Source: Trueperaceae bacterium (GTDB taxonomy: Bacteria; Deinococcota; Deinococci; Deinococcales; Trueperaceae). Taken from it: a DNA stretch of 64,000 bases. The notes under the pieces are model-generated. The model was not told where the DNA came from and made no database searches. It saw only the letters and a program-made list of their open reading frames with translations. The translations under genes were made by a program, and so were the position numbers. Below, piece after piece: positions 57,860 to 64,000 of the stretch (positions are counted from its first letter, which is position 1; every line of letters begins with the position of its first letter). Where the stretch lies: contig OZ243927.1 of assembly GCA_965213925.1 (NCBI GenBank), positions 3,552,001 to 3,616,000 on the forward strand, given 5' to 3'.

Positions 57860-58795
57860 TTAAATCCACTGCATCTCGTCTATCTCTTTCGCCGTCTTCT
57901 TCTCCAGGAGTTGCGCTACCTCAGCCGCATTTGGGATAGCCGAGCGCCCTACACCCGTACAAGAAAGCGCCGCCGTAACCGAGGCGAAAAGCGCGCAGTA
58001 GTCCGCGTCGTAACCGAGCGCCACGCCGTACGCATACGCGCCGTGGAACACGTCGCCCGCGCCTGTCGTATCCACGACGTCAACCGAGAGCGCGGGGACG
58101 TGCCGCGTCCGCCCTCCTTGCTCGAACAAAAAACCTTGCTCGCCCAACGTGACGCCGACGAGTTGCTCGCCGAACTGTTTAAGTTCGGTGAGCGCACCCT
58201 CCGGGTCATCCTTGCCTGAGACTTCGGCGGCGCACTCCTCGGAGACGATGAGGTAGTCCACCAGGCGCGTCAGCGCCCAACTGCGCGCGTTGCTCCAGTC
58301 GCCCACCGTCGGCACGCCCAAACGCCGCGCCTCCTGGAGCACCGCTCCGTTCATCTCAGGGTGACGCCCGTCGGTGAGGACGCAGCTTACGTCCGCCAAA
58401 CTCTCGTAAGCCCACCCTTCTGCCTTATCCACCAAGTTCTCGCCACGATAGGGGAAGATGTGGCGCTCGCCTGTAGGGTCAACGAGCACAGCGCTGACGA
58501 AAGTTTTGGCATTAGGGAGGGTGCGGAGTTGGATGCAGTTGACACCGGCTTGCTCCAACTCCTCCCGCGCTACACGTCCATTCACATCGTCGCCGTGCAG
58601 CGCCCACAGCTCAACGTTCGCGCCGAGCTTCGCCGCCGTCACTGCCGCCGTCGCCCCTGCACCGCCGCCTTGCACGTGATAACCAAGAGCGTGCGTGCGC
58701 GAATGCTCGGGCGGGAAGTGCGCGACTTGCCAAATATGGTCCAAGCAGGAGAGACCCGCGACGAGAAGCTTGGGACCGGCTGGCTCCAACGTCAT
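57860..58795 (-). CDS. PfkB-family sugar kinase (YihV-like)
   Basis: GGGAGATAAVTAAKLG, VDTTGAGDVFHGA. Confidence 0.9.
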   Translation of the reverse strand: MTLEPAGPKLLVAGLSCLDHIWQVAHFPPEHSRTHALGYHVQGGGAGATAAVTAAKLGANVELWALHGDDVNGRVAREELEQAGVNCIQLRTLPNAKTFVSAVLVDPTGERHIFPYRGENLVDKAEGWAYESLADVSCVLTDGRHPEMNGAVLQEARRLGVPTVGDWSNARSWALTRLVDYLIVSEECAAEVSGKDDPEGALTELKQFGEQLVGVTLGEQGFLFEQGGRTRHVPALSVDVVDTTGAGDVFHGAYAYGVALGYDADYCALFASVTAALSCTGVGRSAIPNAAEVAQLLEKKTAKEIDEMQWI

Positions 58796-59682
58796 CCTTT
58801 GACCCCACCCGCCGTGAGCCCGCTGATAATGCGCTGCTGAAAGAAGATGATGAGCACGACTAGGGGTACGATGCCGAGCGTCACCGCTGCGCTAATCACC
58901 GCCCAGGGAAAGGCGAATTCGCCCTGATAGAAGGTGATGCCGACGGGCACAGTGCGCATCTCTAAAGCCGTGTTAAAGGTCAGCGCTAACAAAAACTCAT
59001 TCCATGAGTTCACAAAGACGATGATACCCGCTGTGACGATGCCGGGCGCGGATAAAGGCATGATGATGCGGAAGAGCGCGCCGACGCGCGTGCAACCGTC
59101 TACCGTCGCCGCGCTCTCCAAATCGCCGGGGATGAGCTGGAAGAAACTCGTCAAAATCAGCGTCGCAATCGGCAAGCTGAGCGCTACGTAAGGGATGATG
59201 AGCGCCCAGTACGTGTTGAGCAAGTTCGGCGTCGAGACGCTCTCCGGCAGGAAGAAGAAGCCGTCCAACCAGGGCAAATCCACGCCGCTGAAGAGGCGGT
59301 AGAGCGGCACGAGCAACACGAGCGCGGGGAACATGCTTGTCATCACGATACCCGTCATGATGATGCGCCGCCCAGGAAGCCGCAGCCGCCCGAGCGCGTA
59401 GCCCGCTAGCGCCGCGAAGAGCACGCAGAGCGCCGTCGCGCCGAGAGATACGACGAACGAGTTGCGCAAAAAGAGGACGAACGGGTTACGCGAGAAGACC
59501 TGCTCGTAGTTTCTCAAGGTGAGCGTCTCGGGAAGGTAGGTGATGGGCAACCGGGTCAACTCCCCATCCGGCTTGAGCGAGGTCAAAAAGAGCCACACCG
59601 CCGGGAAAAAGCCGTTGATGATGACCAACACGAGGGCGAGGGTGATAAAGATGCGATTAGCCATGCTCGGTTCACGGCTCAT
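58792..59682 (-). CDS. Carbohydrate ABC transporter permease (MalG-like)
   Basis: ESAATVDG EAA loop, WNEFL; start 59682 or 59664. Confidence 0.92.
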   Translation of the reverse strand: MSREPSMANRIFITLALVLVIINGFFPAVWLFLTSLKPDGELTRLPITYLPETLTLRNYEQVFSRNPFVLFLRNSFVVSLGATALCVLFAALAGYALGRLRLPGRRIIMTGIVMTSMFPALVLLVPLYRLFSGVDLPWLDGFFFLPESVSTPNLLNTYWALIIPYVALSLPIATLILTSFFQLIPGDLESAATVDGCTRVGALFRIIMPLSAPGIVTAGIIVFVNSWNEFLLALTFNTALEMRTVPVGITFYQGEFAFPWAVISAAVTLGIVPLVVLIIFFQQRIISGLTAGGVKG

Positions 59683-59796
59683 CGTTGCACCGAAAGGGAG
59701 GTGAAAGGAAGAGAAATAGAGCAAAGAAGCTGGAACGTAGAGGACATGACCGTTGAACGCCCAATTCTGACTTCTGACTTCTGACTTCTCATCTTC

Positions 59797-60972
59797 CTAT
59801 TCATCTGTATAAATCCAGCGAAGGTAAAAGACCGTGATGGTCAGCGAAAGGACGAAGAGTGCCACGGAGAGCGCGGCGGCGTAACCGATGTCCAAGCCGT
59901 TCGTCGTTTTGTAGATGTAGACGCCCAACGTCTCGAGAGCGCGCCCAGGTCCACCATTCGTCATCGCGAAGGGGATGTCGAAGGTCTGAATGGCGGTGAG
60001 GGTGCGGAAAATCAGCGCGACGGCGATCGAAGGACGCAGCAGCGGCAAGGTGATACGCCAGAAGCGCTGCCACGGGCTGGCACCGTCCACCACGGCGGCT
60101 TCGTAGAGGCTCTCGTCGATGGACTGCAAGCCCGCTAAGAGGATGAGCCCGACGAACGACGAGGTCTTCCAGATGATGGCTAAATTGGCGGCGATGATGG
60201 CAGGAATTTCTCTCGCTAGCCACAAGATACCGACTTGCCCCACCATACCTTCGGGCAGCGTGAGGCGAAAGAGGTCATTGAGACCTAAGCGCCCGAAGAG
60301 GTCATTGACCACGCCGTAGTCGCTCTGAAAAAGCCACGCGAAGGTGAGCCCGGTGAAGACGCGCGGCATCGCCCAGGGCAAAAGGAGCGCCACGCGCACG
60401 AGCCACTTCAAGGGGTGGTTGACGTTGGCTAGGAGCGCCAAAGGCAAGCCGACCAAGAACGAACCGCCGACGCTCACGATGATGATGAGGAGCGTGATCG
60501 AGAAGGAATTCCAGAACCTCGAGTCGTTCCAGCGCCCTTCCTCTCCCGGATGAATCCCCATGAGCGCACCCGCGATGAGCAGAATAGCCGCCGTCCAGCC
60601 GAGCGCCACACCGCGCCCGACTGACCCGCGTTGCACCCCTAACCAGAGCGGTACGAGGGCGGCGAAAAGCAGCCCGCGCCACACCCACAGGTGCGTCACG
60701 CTCCAGGTCATGTCGCGTCCCCAGAGCATCTCGCGGAAGTTCTCCGAGCCGATGAAGGGCGTGCCCCTAAAGGGTTGGTTGAGCCGCTCGAAGTGAAATG
60801 ACTGCCACAGCACGTTCAAAACCGGATAGAGCATCACGAGCGCCAATGTGAGGAGCGCGGGCAGCAGGAGTAAAAAGGCGAGTTGCGGCTCGCTCAGGTT
60901 GCCCGCACGGAGCCGCCGCCAGAAGCCTGGCTTTTGATAATTCGATCTTTGCGTCTTTGCAGAGGACGCCAT
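59797..60972 (-). CDS. Carbohydrate ABC transporter permease (MalF-like, with extra TM insert)
   Basis: LLPWAMP, LYEAAVVDGA, TNGGPG; start revised to ATG 60972. Confidence 0.92.
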   Translation of the reverse strand: MASSAKTQRSNYQKPGFWRRLRAGNLSEPQLAFLLLLPALLTLALVMLYPVLNVLWQSFHFERLNQPFRGTPFIGSENFREMLWGRDMTWSVTHLWVWRGLLFAALVPLWLGVQRGSVGRGVALGWTAAILLIAGALMGIHPGEEGRWNDSRFWNSFSITLLIIIVSVGGSFLVGLPLALLANVNHPLKWLVRVALLLPWAMPRVFTGLTFAWLFQSDYGVVNDLFGRLGLNDLFRLTLPEGMVGQVGILWLAREIPAIIAANLAIIWKTSSFVGLILLAGLQSIDESLYEAAVVDGASPWQRFWRITLPLLRPSIAVALIFRTLTAIQTFDIPFAMTNGGPGRALETLGVYIYKTTNGLDIGYAAALSVALFVLSLTITVFYLRWIYTDE

Positions 60973-60992
60973 CACACCCCCTAAAACAGCGT

Positions 60993-61021
60993 GTGGGGAC
61001 GATTCGTGAATCGTCCCCGAC
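60993..61021. repeat. Single REP palindrome inside the ABC operon
   Basis: GTGGGGACGATTCGTGAATCGTCCCCGAC, same family as 9080 and 45906. Confidence 0.75.
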
Positions 61022-61036
61022 ATAATGTTACGACTA

Positions 61037-62305
61037 TTACTGCAAGATGTCCTCTAAGCCGAACTGCATCTCCTCTAAAGCCCCTTGCACGTCCAGCGAA
61101 CCCGCTAGAAAGGCGTTCATATTCGTGCGGATCAGCTCCGACACGTCGTTGTAAAGCGGCGTCACCGGGCGCGGACGCGCGTTGACGATGACGTCGTAGA
61201 ACTGCTCGAAGTGCGGGTTCGCCTCCAAGACTTCGGGGTCTTCGTACAGGCTCTCCCTGGCCGGAATACGCGCCGCTTCGATCGCGTGCTGGCGCTGGAA
61301 CTCGGGCTGCGTGAAGAACTTGACCACTTCGAAGGCGGCTTCTTTGTTCTCGCTGTAGGGGTTGATCGCCCACTGCCAGCCGCCGACGCAGGTGGCTGAC
61401 TCCTGCCCCTCGAAAGCGGGGAGCGGCGCAATGCCGACGTTGCCCGCAACCTGCGAATCTTCGTCGCTTTGGAAGCGCGCCCAGGCGTAGCCCCAGTTGA
61501 GCATGAAGACGACGTCGCCCGCTTGGAACTCCTGGCGAGAGTTATCCGTGCCGGTTTCCGCGATATTTTCTTTCGTGATGCCGGAGTCCAACGTTTGCTG
61601 GTACCACCCGAGCGCCTGCTCGCCCTCAGGCGTATTGATGGTGATGTTGCCCTCGTCGTCTTGCCAGTCGCCGCCCGCCGTCCAGAGCGCTTCTAAAAAG
61701 GTACAGACCGTTCCTTCGATGGCGGCACCTTGATAGTTGAAGCCTTGAAGTGAGGAATCGCCCTCCCCTTCCAAGATGGTCTGCGCTTGCTGCAACAGCT
61801 CCTCCCAAGTCGCGGGCGGTCCGTCAAAACCGTACTTCTCCAAGAGGTCGGTGCGGTAGTACAAGAACTGCGCGTCGGTGTAGGCGGGGATGGCGTAAAG
61901 CGTGCCGTCTACGGTGTCGGCGTTCACCGGACCTTCTAAGAAGTCCGCTAGATATTCCGTCTGCGCCTCTTCGCTCTCAAAAAGGTCGCTCATCGGCTCC
62001 GCCCAGCCCGCCGCCGCGTAGGTCGCGGGGCGAATCACGTCAATCTGAAAAATGTCGATTTCGCCGCTCTCGCTCGTCAAGACGGTGTTGAGGTACTGCT
62101 GCTGCTGGTCGCTCGTCGCGCCGCCAAGCTCAAACGCGACGCTGATATCGGGATTTTGCTCCTCGAACCGGTTCGCGAACTCCTCGAACAGTTCGGTCGG
62201 CTCGCGCGGGTCTAAAAACATGGTCACTTCGGTCTGCGCCCAAGCGAGCGAACCCCAAGTCACGGAACCTAATAAAGCCAACGTTACCCATCTAAAACGC
62301 TTCAT
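61037..62305 (-). CDS. Sugar ABC transporter substrate-binding protein
   Basis: Signal peptide AWA-Q; LYYRTDLLEKYG, PPATWEEL, GGWQWAIN, RPVTPLY; AAGGAGG RBS. Confidence 0.92.
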   Translation of the reverse strand: MKRFRWVTLALLGSVTWGSLAWAQTEVTMFLDPREPTELFEEFANRFEEQNPDISVAFELGGATSDQQQQYLNTVLTSESGEIDIFQIDVIRPATYAAAGWAEPMSDLFESEEAQTEYLADFLEGPVNADTVDGTLYAIPAYTDAQFLYYRTDLLEKYGFDGPPATWEELLQQAQTILEGEGDSSLQGFNYQGAAIEGTVCTFLEALWTAGGDWQDDEGNITINTPEGEQALGWYQQTLDSGITKENIAETGTDNSRQEFQAGDVVFMLNWGYAWARFQSDEDSQVAGNVGIAPLPAFEGQESATCVGGWQWAINPYSENKEAAFEVVKFFTQPEFQRQHAIEAARIPARESLYEDPEVLEANPHFEQFYDVIVNARPRPVTPLYNDVSELIRTNMNAFLAGSLDVQGALEEMQFGLEDILQ

Positions 62306-62396
62306 CTTGCCTCCTTAGTTTTTCTTTATGTCTTACTCTACCTTATCAGAGCGCCCTAAGCCAAATCGTGTACCTTCACCATTCACCTACACGCCT

Positions 62397-62529
62397 CAGC
62401 AATGAGTTAAAAAGCCAGCAATGAGTTAAAAGCAATCCAGTCGAGCTGGTGTACGTAAGTCCTCACGCAGTGAACGAACGGTGAGCAATGAGTGAAAAGC
62501 TTTAGTCTCGTTGCTCGTTGCTCATTCGT
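62397..62529. repeat. AGCAATGAG-based direct and inverted short repeats
   Basis: CAGCAATGAGTTAAAA twice, GAGCAATGAGTGAAAAG, then CTCGTTGCTCGTTGCTCATT. Confidence 0.7.
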
Positions 62530-62601
62530 AAAGATTCACCAAACGTTTAAGATGTGAGCGCATCTGAAAAACCTCTGATAAAGAGGGTCTAGGCTGAGGC
62601 T

Positions 62602-62805
62602 ATGGAGCTAGTTTTCGGCATGTTGCTCGGTATATTGCTGGGTGGCGCTAGTTACGTGCTGCTCTGCAAGTGGCTAGCGTACAGGGTCAAAAAGGAGATA
62701 TATGGAGACACGGGCAAGGTGAGCTTGCGTAAACTCACGGAGAGCAAACGCAAGCTCGGTGGGGCGGGGCGGGCTCGAGCCCTAACCCCCAAGAAGCAGT
62801 CTTAG
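62602..62805 (+). CDS. Small single-pass membrane protein with basic tail
   Basis: N-terminal hydrophobic helix; TAGGCT 6 nt before ATG. Confidence 0.6.
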   Translation: MELVFGMLLGILLGGASYVLLCKWLAYRVKKEIYGDTGKVSLRKLTESKRKLGGAGRARALTPKKQS

Positions 62806-62815
62806 CTCTACGCTT

Positions 62816-64000
62816 CTAAAACTGCCGTGACCATTCGGCGGGCCACCTCTCCACCACGATCTTCGTCTGCGTATAGAACTCCACCCCGTGCCGCCCTTGC
62901 GCGTGCAAATCGCCAAAGAACGAGTCCCCCCAGCCTGAGAACGGAAAGAACGCCATCGGCGCAGCCACGCCTAGATTGATACCGACGTTGCCCGCGTCCA
63001 CCGCGTAGCGAAACTTGCGCGCCGCTGAGCCCGAAGAGGTGAAGAGACACGCCTGGTTGCCAAACGCGCGGCTATTCACGATGCGGATGGCGTCGTCCAC
63101 CGTGTCGGCGTGCATCATGGATAAAACGGGACCGAAGATTTCAGTATGAGCAAACTCGCTCTGCGGAGCCACGCTATCTAGGACGGTGGGCGCGAGGAAG
63201 TAGCCGTCGGCGAAGTCATCGCCCAGATTTAGATTGCGTCCATCCCGTAAAAGGTTCGCCCCCTCCTGCACACCTTGATCAATCAGCCCCTCGATACGCG
63301 CCTTGCTCTCACGGCTGATGACCGGACCCATCTGCACATCGTCCTCGAGTCCGTACCCAACCTTACGGCTTTCGGCGTCCGCCAAGATACGCTCGGTGAA
63401 CTCGCGTTTGGCGTCGCCTACGGTAATCGCCACCGAGGTCGCCAAGCAGCGCTGACCCGCGCAGCCGAAGGCGGAGTCCGCCAAGATGCGCGTGGACATC
63501 TCCATATCGGCGTCGGGGAGGATGACCGCGGGGTTTTTCGCGCCGCCCTGACACTGCGCCCGTTTGCCGTTCGCCGTGGCGCGGCTGTAGATATAGCGGG
63601 CGACGGGCGTCGAACCCACGAACGAGATAGCTTTCACCTCGGGGTGGTCCAAGAGCGCGTCCACGGTCTCCTTGCCGCCGTTGATAAGGGTGACGACGCC
63701 TTCGGGAAAGCCCGCCTCATCTAAAAGGCGGAAGAGGTATTGGCTGGTCAGGGGCACCTTTTCGGACGGCTTCAGCACGAAACAGTTTCCTGTTGCTACT
63801 GCGTAAGGCAAAAACCACAAGGGGATCATGCCCGGAAAGTTAAAAGGCGTAACCGCCGCCACCACGCCCAGAGGTTGGCGGAACATATGTTCATCAATCC
63901 CTCTGGCGATGTCCTCGTTGTTGTAGCCCTGCATGAGTAGGGGCATTCCGCAGGCAACTTCGATGTTCTCGAGTCCCCGTTTAAGTTCAGCCTTCGACTC
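62816..64000 (-). CDS. mmsA: CoA-acylating (methyl)malonate-semialdehyde dehydrogenase, 5' end outside window
   Basis: [41 protein letters not shown]. Confidence 0.93.
   Translation of the reverse strand, partial: ESKAELKRGLENIEVACGMPLLMQGYNNEDIARGIDEHMFRQPLGVVAAVTPFNFPGMIPLWFLPYAVATGNCFVLKPSEKVPLTSQYLFRLLDEAGFPEGVVTLINGGKETVDALLDHPEVKAISFVGSTPVARYIYSRATANGKRAQCQGGAKNPAVILPDADMEMSTRILADSAFGCAGQRCLATSVAITVGDAKREFTERILADAESRKVGYGLEDDVQMGPVISRESKARIEGLIDQGVQEGANLLRDGRNLNLGDDFADGYFLAPTVLDSVAPQSEFAHTEIFGPVLSMMHADTVDDAIRIVNSRAFGNQACLFTSSGSAARKFRYAVDAGNVGINLGVAAPMAFFPFSGWGDSFFGDLHAQGRHGVEFYTQTKIVVERWPAEWSRQF

Noticed and set aside
360..63940. Numerous 60-270 aa antisense or alternate-frame ORFs in the track
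   Set aside because: They overlap well-supported genes, are Arg/Ala/Pro-rich shadows of GC-rich coding DNA and show no family motifs

Overview
A 64-kb bacterial chromosomal segment, mostly GC-rich with lower-GC inserts. It most likely comes from Deinococcota (Truepera-like). That is an inference from a Thermus-type SpoVS, many apparently leaderless genes (TANNNT 5-8 nt before the start codon) and the gene content. Core content: two tandem PPC-repeat lipoproteins, galE, an ArsR/SmtB-CDF-ZIP metal operon, a divergent WYL regulator/DinB pair, ispG, crtB and spoVS-yugP-rsmB. It continues with an attenuated ilvBNC-leuA...cimA cluster interrupted by an antitoxin fragment, a methyltransferase and xisH-xisI. 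Next come a stand-alone gltB, a hybrid histidine kinase with a receiver protein, xdhAB-dinB-orf-xdhC, a lone OLD-family nuclease, manA, an FAD oxidase and trpBA. The right end holds ytxJ, a REC-GGDEF protein, yjbQ with an active-site-remodelled AhcY-like gene, patatin, a broken IS982, an old yellow enzyme, a sugar ABC/PfkB operon and mmsA (cut by the window edge). Non-coding DNA holds five copies of a modular REP-in-MITE element, GTAG-type REPs, heptamer repeats and an IS982 relic. Most notable observations: three genes whose conserved N-termini can only start at ATC or CTG, a HIP1-like excess of CTCGAG, the divergent AhcY-YjbQ pair and a complete ilv leader-peptide attenuator. Homopolymer frameshifts in crtB and the FAD oxidase suggest uncorrected long-read errors, so single-base claims need checking. 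No rRNA, tRNA or CRISPR array was recognised.
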